Counted from the stretch's first letter, positions 12,471 to 24,000 are shown. The stretch is DNA of 39,905 bases from Nemertoderma westbladi (GCA_032718475.1 JAUCBJ010005780.1:1-39905); one strand, 5' to 3'. Numbers and translations: made by a program. The notes: generated by a model from the sequence alone, not told the origin.

Positions 12471-15400
12471 AGGGCAGACAATGGCGACAAGCACTGTAGG
12501 GGCGAAGAAGAGAGGAACGGTGCTACTCGGGGTAGTACCAGTGAGGGTGATCGGAGAAGGCGATCGATCGGTAACCACGCTGATGCTGGTCGACAGCGGA
12601 GCAGCCTTCACATTGGTCGAGAATTGGGTGGCCGAAGAGATAGGACTAAAGACGAGGCGAGGCCAAGTAGGATGGCGGTAACAACCATCTCCAGCAAAGA
12701 TGAGGTCCTGGAGATGAGGACGGGACGGTACGGGATAGCAGCGGGATGTGATTATGGGGAGACGATCGACCCCATCCAGGTGATAGAATCGATAAATATC
12801 AACGCCAGGCGACCAACCAACATCGAGGTCGAACAATATAGATTCCTGGACAGTATCGATTTCTCAATACCAGAGGTGGACGTTAGGAAGGTATCCATTA
12901 TAGTAGGAATGGACTGCCTGACGGCCCACGAGAGAATGCAGATGGTCTTTGGCAAAGACTAACAGCGTGACCCGGTGGCAATTTTAACACCATTCGGGTG
13001 GACGCTAAGCGGCCCAATTAGAACCAAGATCCCGTTTAGGATGTCGGAGACATCAGGGTGCATGTTCGCGGGAACTATGAGGGAGATGGAAGATGAAGGA
13101 GCGGAGGAGCAGCTCAGGGGACTACTCAGACAGGACTTTGAGGGATTGAAAGAGACCGGGGTCGGAACCTCGGTAGAAGATAAACAGGCAATACAAAGTG
13201 TGAAGGAGTCGATGAGATGTGAGGAGGGATGGTACACCATAGGCATGGTGTGGAAACAGCTGAAACTACCGTTGCCTGACAACAAGAGGATGGTACTCAC
13301 AAGGCTTCGCAAACTGACGATAAGACGATAAGGAAGTATGTCGAGAAAGGATGGGCCGTGGAGTTACCGGTCGACGAACCGAACACGGACAGGACCTATC
13401 ACCTGCCACTTCACATGGCTCTAGATCCGAAGAAAGGTAAATTGCGGATGGTAGTCGGCGCATCGGCTAAGACCAATGGCAAGTGCTTAAACGATTATCT
13501 GCTGGAGGGTCCCAATATCTATAACTCAGGAATCGAGGTCCTGCTGAGATTCAGAAACGGGAGGCACGCCTTCACCTGCGACATCGAAGGCATGTTTAAC
13601 CAAGTCCGTTTGACGGAGGAGGATAGTGACAGCCAGCGCTTCCTATGGTACAACGGCGACGAGGAACCGTCGACAATACCGATGTACAAGATGGTGGTGC
13701 AGAATATGGGGGCCAAGTCGTCCTCATTTACGACGACTGTGGCTGTAAGGGATACAGTAGAGGGGAAAGAGGAGGAATATAGCGCCAAAGCCGTCGATAT
13801 GATTCGACGCGGCTTCTATGTAGACGACGGAATGGAGTCTAGAAACACGGTTAAAGAACTACTGGATACAGGGCGCGAGGTTCGCGACATCCTGAAGGGA
13901 TCCGGGTTTAACCTGACCAAATTCCAATCCAGCTCAGAAGAGTTTATGAAAGCCATAGAGAACAGACGGCCAGAGTCGACCATGGATAACCCCACAACAG
14001 CCAAGGGACAGGACATGGCAAACAAAAGAGTAGAGTCCCAGCAGAAGGCACTAGGGATCGTGTGGAACCGAGAGACAGACGAGTTCAAGCATCAGCTGAA
14101 CCAGGAGGGCGCGGACATCCACACAAAGAGGGGCTATGTATCGTACATAGCAAGGATATACGATCCCCTAGGCCTAGCATCCCCACTATTAGTGATACTT
14201 AAGAAAGTATATAAGTTAAAGGACGAGTGGGATACAGAGGTCCCGGAAGAAATCAGCAAGCAGTGGAGTAAGTGGACGGGGAGTTCAGAACAGATGGGGA
14301 TGTACAGCATGCCACGTGTGTATTTCCCGGATGGGGACATGACGGATCTGGATCTACACATGTTCTCCGGAAGCATACGGAGCAGCACTCTACCTAGTAC
14401 AACGAAAGGGGGCTCATAAGCCCAGACTTGCATTCAGCAAAGCAAAGTCGACGCTGCCAGATTCAGCATCGGTCCCGAAACTTGAGTTGACAGCTGCAAG
14501 ATTAGGAGTAAGGGCCACAGCCTACTTGATGGATACTATTCCCAACATAGTGGAAACACACTACTGGACGGACTCCATGGTAGTGCTTGGATGGTTGCAC
14601 AACGAGAAGACGAGATACCCTATATTCGTCGCAAATAGGGTGGACGGAATAAGGGCGACGACAGAATTGGAAAGGTGGCACTACTGCCCAACGGACGAGA
14701 ACCCAGCGGACTTGTTATCGAGGGGCGTGGCACACCACACTTTCTTGAAGAAGGAAGTATTGTGGCAGCATGGGCCACAATTCCTGAACGATAAGACGGC
14801 CTGGCCACCGATGAAGAAGGTGGACCCGGGCTCAGAGGAAGTAGCACTAGAGGAAGAGGGAGGAGACTCAGAAGGTGAAGAGATATATAGTCAGATGGCG
14901 AGGGAAATCAGGGAGGTGCAACCAAAATCGGAAGAACCATGCGATAACCTGACGGATAAACTCATCAGCTACAGTTCAAGTTGGTACAAGACCAAGAAGT
15001 TGGTAGCATACTGGAGAGCCTTTGGGGATTTCCTCAAGGGAGTCGGCAAAGACACCAAGAGGAAACCAAACATCGATCTGGAGGGAGCGGCCAAGGCTGT
15101 GATTCGGTACGAACAGAAAAGGTACTACGGCGACGAAGTGGGGCGCGTGAGTAAACAACAACATATTCATCGGGACAGCAAGCTCATCACGCTGTCGCCA
15201 CAACTCAATGACGATGGGATCCTAGTAATGAACTCTAGAGTGCTAAATAACAACAGCCTCATTATTCCACCCAAACCCATCATCATCCCAAATAGATCGC
15301 CGATAGTCCACCAGATCATTTGGGACTCCCACAAGTCGATATTGCACGGGGGCACCAACCAGACCCTCATGGAGATACGGAGGACCTTCTGGGTCACACA

Positions 15401-16432
15401 GCTAAGAAAGAAGGTGAAGGCAGTAGTGGGGCAGTGCCAGACCTGCCGAAGGATGAGGAAGGAGCGGGCCGTACAGGAGATGGTGCCATTACCGGCCAGC
15501 AGGGTGAGACAGCACGACCCGCCATTCACGCATTGCGGTGTAGATATGTTCGGGCCGATAAAGATTAGGGTGATGCGGCACACGGAGAAGCGCTACGGCA
15601 TTATCTTCGTATGTAACAACATGAGGGCGGTAGGAATAGAACTCGCCCAAGACGCAACCGCATCGGCATTCATCAATGCCCTAGAGAGGTTCAGAGACCA
15701 CAAAGGTGGGACGATCGCAGTGATATACTCCGATAATGGAACCAACTTTGTGGGGGCGGAGAACGAGCTGGCAGAGGCCTTGGACATCCTGGAAGGAGAG
15801 GAAGTCAGGGCAGCCATGAGGAGACGACAGGTGAAGTGGGAAAGGAGGACGCCGTATGCTCCGCATACTTTAGGATGCGTCGAGAGACTCGTGGGTAGTT
15901 CCAAGCGTCTGATGACGAAGTTGATGAACACCCACATGGTGACAGAAGATGTGCTAAGGACGGTGTTGACTAAGTGCGAGGGTATCATTAATAGCTATAC
16001 CCAGAAAATCACGACCCAGAATCACTAGATGTGCTGACTCCCAGTCACTTTCTAATGGAGAGGCCGGCGACCATCGACATGCGGGGTGTAGACCCAGATG
16101 ACATACATTCCCGACAGAGTTGGAAAGTCGCTAAGGTGATAAGTGCAGAGTACTGGAGGAGGTGGGTCGAGGAATACCTACCCACACTTCATAGGAGGAG
16201 CAAGTGGATAAATACCACTAGAGAGCTAAAGAAGGGTGATTTGGTGATCGTCACGGACGACACCATCATCAACAATCAGTGGAGGCTAGCAAGAATAGTA
16301 GACACTTACTCCAACGAGGACGGAAGAGTCCGATCGGTGGAAGTGCGGATAGGTGGTAAGATAGGAGCGAAAGATTGGAAGACCTACAGGAGGGCTGTAG
16401 GGAAGTGTTGCCTACTAGAGGGCGCACCTTAG
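12471..16432 (+). pseudogene. pol: BEL pol: aspartic protease, RT, RNase H/Peptidase_A17 region, integrase, DUF5641-like C-terminus
   Basis: LVDSGA protease; CDIEGMFNQV and FYVDD in RT; HHCC zinc finger (H...HGG...CQTC); GVDMFGP, SDNGTNF and VERLV integrase DDE. Split over at least six ORFs by frameshifts and a stop at 12960-12962. Confidence 0.93.
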
Positions 16433-16704
16433 TGTTTAGTCATCCAAATGTTGGACTGAGGGGGGTGGGATTGAGGGCGAGACGCCCTTCCCCTTGCCCG
16501 CCCGGATAAATAAAATAATAGAAAGAAAGTTAGAGAGGAGAAAGTCAGAAAGTGATAGTAGTTGTAGGTAGTATGTAGCACTAAGTAGTAGATAGAAAGT
16601 TAGCAGAAGTTAGTTGTAGTTAGAAAGTTGGTAGTAGATAGAAAGTTAGCAGAAGTTAGTTTTAGTTAGAAAGTTAGTAATAGCTAGAAAGTTGATAGAA
16701 GTTA

Positions 16705-16934
16705 GTACCGGGAGAGGTAGAAGTTAGAGATCAGGGAGTGTGGTATAGAGACATACCACGGGAGTAAGAGGGTACATAGTACCAGGAGAGGGAGAAGTTA
16801 GAGATCAGGGAGTGTGGTATAGAGACATACCACGGGAGTAAGAGGGTACATAGTACCGGGAGAGTTAGAAGTTAGAGATCAGGGAGTGTGGTATAGAGAC
16901 ATACCACGAGGGTAGTAGGAGGGTACATAGTACC
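16705..16934. repeat. Three copies of a ~74-bp tandem repeat in the BEL 3' non-coding region, preceded by AGTTAG-rich ~46-bp repeats
   Basis: GTACC anchors at 16705, 16779, 16853 and 16930. Each unit carries the hairpin GTGGTAT-AGAGAC-ATACCAC. Confidence 0.9.
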
Positions 16935-17817
16935 GTTAGAGAGTTAGTAGAGTCGGAGACTTAGTAGAGTTAGAGAGTTAATAGAGTTAGTAGTAAGAGA
17001 GTTACATGGTAAGTAGTAAGTAAGAAGTAAGTAGAGGGGTAGGTACAAAATGATAGCACAGAATAGGGGCAAATGTGGACAAAACAAAAAAATCAAAATT
17101 AAAAATTAAAGAATATCAGGACCCCCTCCAAACTACAGAAGAGCCTTCAACTCAAGATGGCCTTCGGAGGTCTGGTAGACCACCCGGGGCTTAAGGACGA
17201 GTCGGTGTACTACAACAACCGGCATCTAGTAGACAGGGAGGTGGATACACCATATCAGAGGTGGGAGAAGTTGGAAGTTGGAAGCTGTACCATAGTCAAG
17301 CACAACCCTTTTCCAATTAGCTACTGGGACTGGGGATTAATTGACTAGGGCAACAGGATGGGACTTAGACGGCTCCCACTAACATGATGCGCACATATGT
17401 GGGGCCCAATAAGTGTGTAGGGGATGAAAGTGAGAATGAGAATCGGGGGGGGGGGGGGGGGAATGGAGGGAGGTTTGACAGGATAAGGGAAAGTGAGAGA
17501 GTGCGATTCGGGTGTGGGGCGGGGAGTGAGTAAGATAGAGTAGAGTGGAGTTGAAGTGAAGTTAACTTAGTGTGAGAGGAGTTTTTAAAATTGTGTGAGG
17601 AGTCCACAATTGTCTCAAACAGAGACGTCAGATGTCTTGGTGCAACATAGGTTGCGGTTGCACCAAGAGAGGGTAGTAATATCATACCCAGAGGGAGCGG
17701 CCTGGAAAGCCGACTCCAAGTAAGAGAACTCCACCCCACACCCGATAATAGATCGGGTTCCAGCGGAATTGAAGCGCACTCGAAGGTGATGCTATCTTCT
17801 CACCGGGAAGATAGCAT

Positions 17818-17828
17818 GGGGGGGAGTA
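17818..17828 (+). promoter_or_regulatory. Polypurine tract of BEL copy 1
   Basis: GGGGGGGAG-TA lies immediately before the TG that starts the LTR. Confidence 0.75.
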
Positions 17829-18429
17829 TGAGCGGATTCAATTCCGCTCACCACCCCATAAAGTTGGGAAACGGCGCCCTTTTCAGCAATATTGGGGATA
17901 CGAGATTAATTACACCTAATCTCGTATCACCCCCAATAACAGGACTACACATAGCCCCAAAGAGCCACACAAAGGGAGGTTAGAGGTCAAACTTCCCCGA
18001 GAGGGAAAGTAACAGCAGCGGGGGGGGGGAAGCACTCCCACAGAGGTGGGAGCCGAGAATTAGGTTATTATCCAAAAAGGGACAGGGAGGAGATCATTCG
18101 CTAGGTACCAAGGCCACAGTAGTGTAGGGACAACAATATATATTATCAGCATACCTTTTTACCGGTCAGTTATTCCAGTCATTAGTGCAGTTAGGTGACA
18201 ATTTCGTACCATCACCGCTGTCACCGTCATTACCGGTATTATCATTTTATCAGTATTAACAACCAATTCTGTTTTACTTGGGTCAACTGTGCTATCGTAT
18301 TTTATACCTCATTACCGTTAGTTTATATCAACATCAAAAGCGATAACAGCAACTAGTATCTTCTTTCACAACGAGCGGTGATGCGTAACGAAACAAACCG
18401 GTCGGGATCCCCTGATCCCGTCACAAACA
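17829..18429 (+). repeat. 3' LTR of BEL copy 1 (ends at CA 18425 or 18429)
   Basis: Starts TGAGCGGATTCAATTCCGCTCACCACCC, similar to TGTTAGCGGATCCAATTCGCTGCACCACCC at 30545. TATATA near 18137. Near its end CGGTCGGGATCCCC matches CGGTCAGGATTCCC in the second LTR. Confidence 0.75.
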
Positions 18430-18499
18430 CGAACTTGTTACTACCAAATCACAGGTGAAATTACTGAACTTAGGAAAATTTATTCTGTACGCAAATAAA

Positions 18500-18658
18500 T
18501 TAACCCTATTAAACCCGGGGGGGGGGGGGGGGTCAATATGACCCCCCGTGGATTTTTTATTATAATTCTGAAATAAACACAGTTGGGAATCTGAAATTTT
18601 ATGACTTTTCCTAAAAATCTATTGTCTTCCTAGTAGTGAAAACCGTTTTCAAAAATGC
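18500..18658 (+). mobile_element. Single terminal fragment of a non-autonomous DNA transposon (TTAA-CCC, piggyBac-like end)
   Basis: TTAACCCTATTAAACCC, poly-G, then the GGTCAATATGACC hairpin. It abuts and truncates the LINE RT. No partner end found. Confidence 0.45.
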
Positions 18659-19950
18659 AAGTGTGTCTCCTTGGAGGACTCCCCATAATACTTCAAATGG
18701 TTCTGTGTCACCATCAACAAAAGATACAAATGTTGTCAAACCATCGTATACTGATCTGATTGCTGCATTAATTTTATCAGGAATCCCATATAATGAAAAT
18801 ATGCTGAACATAGGTGAGCGAGAGACTGAATCAAATGCCTTGGAGAAGTCAACAAAGATAACAGCCACTACTATCTACGATGCTGTCTTTCTTTTTTGAT
18901 AATTCTTCAATTATCCTTCTAAGAGCCAAAATGGGCTCCATGGTCCCACGACCTTTACGGAACCCATTCTGATTTCCAAGGAGCAGTCTCTCAATGGGAT
19001 CCCTGATGGGGTTAATAGAATTATATTGTATAGCTTTGCAGCAATCAAGATCAATGAGATTCCCCTAAAAGGACCATAAGGGTTAGGTTGCCCTTCTTGG
19101 GAACTGGCACCAACTTATTTGTTTTCATTTCTTGTGGGACTCTTGTTGGTCTGTACATGTCTACTATGATGTGATAGATGGCTTTAAACACTCGGGTATT
19201 TTAAAGACCTCAGGGGAAACTGGCACAATTGGTCTTAATGCTCTTTGCAGCAGCCTTCACTTCTGCAAAGGAGATATCACCAATGGGAATATCTGGGAGT
19301 ACAGACTCAGACATTTTTACTTCTATAAAGTTATCAGGCAATACCCTGTCATTATTGAGGAGCTTTTCAAAGTGGGCCTTCCAACCACTGAGGCGATTGG
19401 GTGGTGATTCTGCCTTAACCTTGGTGGTTGGTTGGCTTTTCCACCAAGTAAGCAAGTTGATCGATTTCCATGCCTGGGATGATTGCCTGCTGTCGTCAGC
19501 ATCATTGATGGTATCAACCTGTTGGTTTATTAGCTCCTGTAGATTTACAGAGTACTGCCTGTTCAGGGACCTAGATGCAGCCTTAACTGCATTCTTGGCC
19601 ACTGTAGTCTGTTGGGACTCTTTCTGCGCCTTATAGAGGTTATTTCGGCACATATGAATTTTGTAGTCATTAGCTTTTTCCTGTTTCGAAGGTATACAGG
19701 AACTGTTTCTGCAGCTGCTAACTTAACTGCTTCTGAGAAGGCAGTATAGCCCTCACAGTAATCTGTCACCTCAGAGGCAAGAACCTCATACCTGTTGCTC
19801 AGCTGTAGTGTGAAGCTGGATCTCACACTTGGCTGTTGCAACAGAGGATCAGTCATACCGCGGCAAGACAGATTTCGTTGTTCTGCTAGCACACAGACTA
19901 AGTCTTACCTTGGCCACAATAATGCAGTGATCACTATCAGTGACAATCGC
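18659..19950 (-). mobile_element. Decayed LINE fragment, RTE-like (end of AP endonuclease through mid RT)
   Basis: Minus-strand motifs in order: SDHCIIVAKVRL (EN end), FTLQLSNRYEVL, WKAHFEKLLN, ISFAEVKAAAKSIK, QNGFRKGRGT, FVDFSKAFDSV, YGIPDK, GVLQGDTLA. Many frameshifts. Confidence 0.9.
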
Positions 19951-20028
19951 TACCTAACTGGCAGAGCACGGGAATAACGAACTTGTACTTTCCTTTGAGT
20001 GATTAGTTGGCCTAAATATGATCTCCCA

Positions 20029-20157
20029 CTCCACAGCGAAATATTCATCCGGTCTGGTAGCTCAGTACACTCAACCGGCTGATGATAACCAGAAGTTTGA
20101 AACCTATGTACCGGGTTCGAGCCCCAATAGGGCCGGTTGATATTTTTCGCTATGGAG
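20029..20157 (+). ncRNA. tRNA-derived Pol III-like element containing a minimal type I hammerhead ribozyme core, flanked by ~27-bp imperfect inverted repeats
   Basis: A box TGGTAGCTCAGT (20055-66) and B box GGTTCGAGCCC (20114-24). Between them: CCGG-CTGATGA(20079-85)-T-AAC-CAGAA-GTT-T-GAAAC(20099-103)-CTAT-GTA-CCGG. Flanks are CTCCACAGCGAAATATTCATCCGGTC and GGCCGGTTGATATTTTTCGCTATGGAG. Confidence 0.6.
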
Positions 20158-20449
20158 AGCATTATCATATTGTCTTATTCACATTGTATATTTAATTCAT
20201 ATTATTATAACTATCATTGGGTACAGCTTAGGAAAGCCAGCAATACCATTCAGGTAGTGATGGGATTGAACTCCCACTATGTGATAGTGCTCTGGTCGCA
20301 CAAGTTCTACGCAAGTCCCCATATACTGATGGAGCAACAATCTGCATTGGAAAAATGCTTTATATCACTGAAAAGAGGGGAAACTCTGTAATACTCGTTC
20401 CAAAAACCACTTATTCCCCAACCAGGTCTTCTGTGGTGTCCATATCTGA

Positions 20450-21205
20450 GACATGGATTCAGTCTGCCAGCCTTCCAATAGGCATTGTTAATTGGAGCAC
20501 TCTAGCCAAAGAAATTATCAGACAAGTTGCTGGTCGACCTGAACACATGGCTTGGATCATCGAAAGGTGGGACCCAATCTCAGTGATGAGGAGGTAGCTG
20601 ATGAAGTGTATGCAACGGTTCTCCCAGAGGAGCTGGATGTGGGCATACCACTGCCCAAGTTGGCCATCACGAAGCTCATAGTCCACAAGTTTATGAAGTT
20701 ATCTGGAGTAGCGATGTATGGAGATACTTGTGGCAGAGTGGCTCATACAGTGCTAGTGGAAACTGTGTACCAACCTCAAAGATTCATTCAACTGTTGGTG
20801 TATTGTCAACACTCCTGAGACTCCTACGTTACAAATGGGCGCGGTTTCCTGATGATGCTCCAGGCATCTTGACTTATTATTCCTCTTTCCTTGAGATGGG
20901 ACCGCACTACTCATTTAAGTTCCAGCAATGTATTGATAGGGATCATCGGCTGAGAGTCAAATCTGGGTCTCCATGGAGTCATGAGATCAGAGCTATGAAG
21001 CTGTTGAGGAAGACATACTCCCTTTGTGTTTACACTGCGATCACTCACATTTGGGTTACTGCATGAATGCCCTGCCTGACCAGGCATGCAAATGGATATT
21101 GTGGACGGATATACAATCCATATAAAATACCCTGTAGAGGTGATGGGACCCCACAATGCCGATTCTGCAAGATATATTTGGTCATATTGATGCTGATTGT
21201 TTCCT
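20450..21205 (+). pseudogene. Decayed gag-like ORF, possibly of a DIRS/Ngaro retroelement
   Basis: 'RFPDDAPGILTYY...IDRDHRLR...PW' recalls DIRS ORF1. Removing 2 nt within 21157-21200 restores the knuckle CRFCKIFGHIDADC (CX2CX4HX4C). Confidence 0.4.
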
Positions 21206-22167
21206 TCTGTGACGGGACTTGAACAAGGAATTCGAGGTTTCAGCAATTGGCATTGAGCAAAGGGATAGGCGTGGAAACCAAGAACTACTTCCCATTATTC
21301 ACCCGAAGCCTTTTTGGTGGCATCAAGTGCATAATATCTTCAAACCCATATATTCAACGAGCACCTCAAAAATGATCTGACTGAAACATTCATATAACTA
21401 TTATGAATTAAGAATTATGGTTCATAAATTTTGCTAAATAAAAAAGAAATATATTATATAGTGTTCATTAATTTATCACATAAATGTAGTGTTAAGAACC
21501 GAATCCACAAATGTTCTCACTTTGGATCTCGAGGGGCTAGTAGTTCTTCGCTGGATGCACTGTAATCCAGGGGTTAGAAGGTATAATATGTCGAGCCATC
21601 CTAAATCCTGTATCAACTACCAGTACTAATTTTATCCAGTAGTCTTCCCACTAAGGTCCACCAAACACTGCTAAGCCGCCCTGAACAGTGGAAAAATCGA
21701 TAATCTTCCTATTCAGGCGTACAGCTGTTGCTAACTACAGCAAATATTTAACCTCACCAGGGCTAGGGTCTCTAGTAGGGATGGAATAAATTTTATTACT
21801 CAAAGAAATGAAGCCTCACTAACTGAACCAACAGACAATCTCTAGTTCAGGGTTCGCACAAGGGCACGGGGCTAATTTAATTTTTATAATTTTATTAAAA
21901 ATATATAAATTAAAACATGAATACCGAATGTGTAAAAAAAACACAACACCGGTTTCTTTGTACTAAAATGTGTAATATAAAAAAAAAATATATATATATA
22001 ATAAAATATGTACTAAAATAAAATAAATTAAATAAATTAAATCCCAATTGTCCCTAATCTGGCAAATAAAGTGCAGCGAGTACTACTCACTCAATTTCGA
22101 GTCGGCGAAGCCGTTGCCCAATGCGTCTATTAAACCCAACATCGCCTAAGTAATGCGCTAATAACTA

Positions 22168-22977
22168 CGGTGGCTGAATTCGGCCAAAATTAATTATATT
22201 ATGAAAACACGTTTTTGGTGATGTTGTAAAATTAATTATATTATGAAAACACGTTTTTGGTGATGTTGTAAAATTAATTATAATTATGAAAATGTTTTCA
22301 TAATATAATTAATTTTGCATGTTCATCCAAAAACGTGTTTTCATAATATAATTAATTTTGCAAGTTCATCCAAAAACGTGTTTTCATAATATAATTAATT
22401 TTACAACATCACCAAAAACGTGTTTTCATAATATAATTAATTTTGTAAGTTCATCCAAAAACGGGTTTTCATAATATAACTAATTTTGCAAGTTCATCCA
22501 AAAACGTGTTTTCATAATATAATTAATTTTGCCAGTTCAACCAAAAACGTGTTTTCATAATATAATTAATTTTGCCAGTTCAACCAAAAACGTGTTTTCA
22601 TAATATAATTAATTTTGCCAGTTCATCCAAAAACGTGTTTTCATAATATAATTAATTTTGCCAGTTCAACCAAAAACGTGTTTTCATAATATAATTAATT
22701 TTGCCAGTTCAACCAAAAACGTGTTTTCATAATATAATTAATTTTGTAAGTTCATCCAAAAACGTGTTTTCATAATATAATTAATTTTGTAAGTTCATCC
22801 AAAAACGTGTTTTCATAATATAATTAATTTTGCAAGTTCATCCAAAAACATGTTTTCATAATATAATTAATTTTGCAAGTTCATCCAAAAACGTGTTTTC
22901 ATAATATAATTAATTTTACAACATCACCAAAAACGTGTTTCCATAATATAATTAATTTTGGCCGAATTCAGCCACCG
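22168..22977. mobile_element. Foldback MITE with TIRs and internal 43-bp tandem repeats in opposing orientation
   Basis: Termini TA|CGGTGGCTGAATTCGGCCAAAATTAATT...AATTAATTTTGGCCGAATTCAGCCACCG|TA. Unit AATTAATTTTGCAAGTTCATCCAAAAACGTGTTTTCATAATAT; about 2 inverted copies on the left and about 15 on the right. Confidence 0.9.
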
Positions 22978-23862
22978 TAAATAACTAAATACGTAAAATA
23001 CGTAAATAACGTAAATACCTAATTTCAGTCCAAATTTAAACAATAATAAGGTGTATTTTGTTGCGTCCCTAATTTAAATAATCGCTGCCCCTCATACTAA
23101 ATTTTGGCTGAAATGGTTGGTTCTAATTATTAAACTAAAGCTCAAACAGTTTGTATAGTCTGACTTAAAACGTTAGTACTTTAATACCGAATTGCGCTAA
23201 ACAAATTTTGGTTATCAACTTTAGGTTGTCAAACTTAGATAAGTCGGACTAAAACATTTAACATTTGGATATAACATTTGGACTAAACTTGGTCTAAAAC
23301 ATTTGGAAATATAAAATTTGGTCTAAAAACATTTGGACTAAAATATCGAAGGTGAATGTAAATGTAAAACTGTTGCCAAAACCCGATATGATTTAAGAAC
23401 CCCAACTGTAATCCCTCCCCAATAGTACTCCTAAAAAACAGCCCGGGTACTTTCCTTTATGAATGCAAGCATCTGTCATCTGACATCCTTCATCCAAAAC
23501 CCCTGCGCGCTTGGCGGATGCGTCCCTAACATCTCTCTATTCCATTACGTAACCCAATGTATGCTACCGGTAGGTAGAGCAGTAGTAGCTACTGCTACTG
23601 TAGTGAAGCAGAAAATAACACAGTCACGTTAGTAACAGATTACATAATACTGTATTGCATAATCAGCAGTCATGCATATTTGCAACAAAGTTACTGGATT
23701 TCAGCAGTAAACCGTTAAAATTTTACACAAAATCCATAAGTACAGTATATTCACAAATCGAAGAAAATCAGAAAGAATACTGTAAGTAGGTCTATAATAA
23801 GAATAACTTTTAATAATTAGCATTACAGTATTGTTGTATTTAATGTCGTCCGGGGTGATAAG

Positions 23863-24000
23863 TTGTGTGTCAACGGCGCGTTAATTGGCAAAATGGATGT
23901 GAAAGACGCCTTTAAAACGCTGCCGCTTTCCAAATCTGACTGGTCACTCTTCGGAATATGCTGGCAGGGTTTATTTTTCGTTTCTGTCAGAATGGTATTT
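23863..24000 (+). mobile_element. DIRS/Ngaro-type reverse transcriptase fragment (absent from the ORF track)
   Basis: Translation from 23875: GALIGKMDVKDAFKTLPLSKSDWSLFGICWQGLFFVSVRMVF, which fits the DIRS RT pattern GA.MAK.D.K.AF..LP....DW.L.G..W.G. Confidence 0.75.

Larger units (their letters stand above)
9363..18429 (+). mobile_element. BEL/Pao LTR retrotransposon copy 1, 5'-truncated, with decayed gag-pol and a 3' LTR
   Basis: Order is gag-protease-RT-RNaseH-integrase, with BEL-typical motifs: 'KFDG..EEYLQF', 'LTPFGWTLSGP', 'TKR..VS.IA.IYDPLG', 'WTDSMVVLGW', 'FVANRV', 'ENPADLLSRG', 'LTPSHFL', 'W.RW..EYLP.L..R.KW'. Followed by a PPT and a TG-start LTR. Confidence 0.93.

Noticed and set aside
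9489-15988. Antisense and alternate-frame ORFs over BEL gag-pol (and likewise over 31039-35648)
   Set aside because: They are shadow ORFs of a purine-skewed coding strand with no recognisable motifs.
17829-17845. lac operator-like TGAGCGGAT..CAATT, suggesting vector contamination
   Set aside because: The match is partial and short, it is the LTR start shared with the second LTR, and no vector sequence flanks it.
20051-20134. Functional tRNA gene
   Set aside because: There is no complete D arm or anticodon arm, and the T and acceptor stems are mismatched.
20849-20875. Other CTGATGA sites (20599, 20849, 24058) as hammerheads
   Set aside because: None has a downstream GAAA and UH in the right positions.
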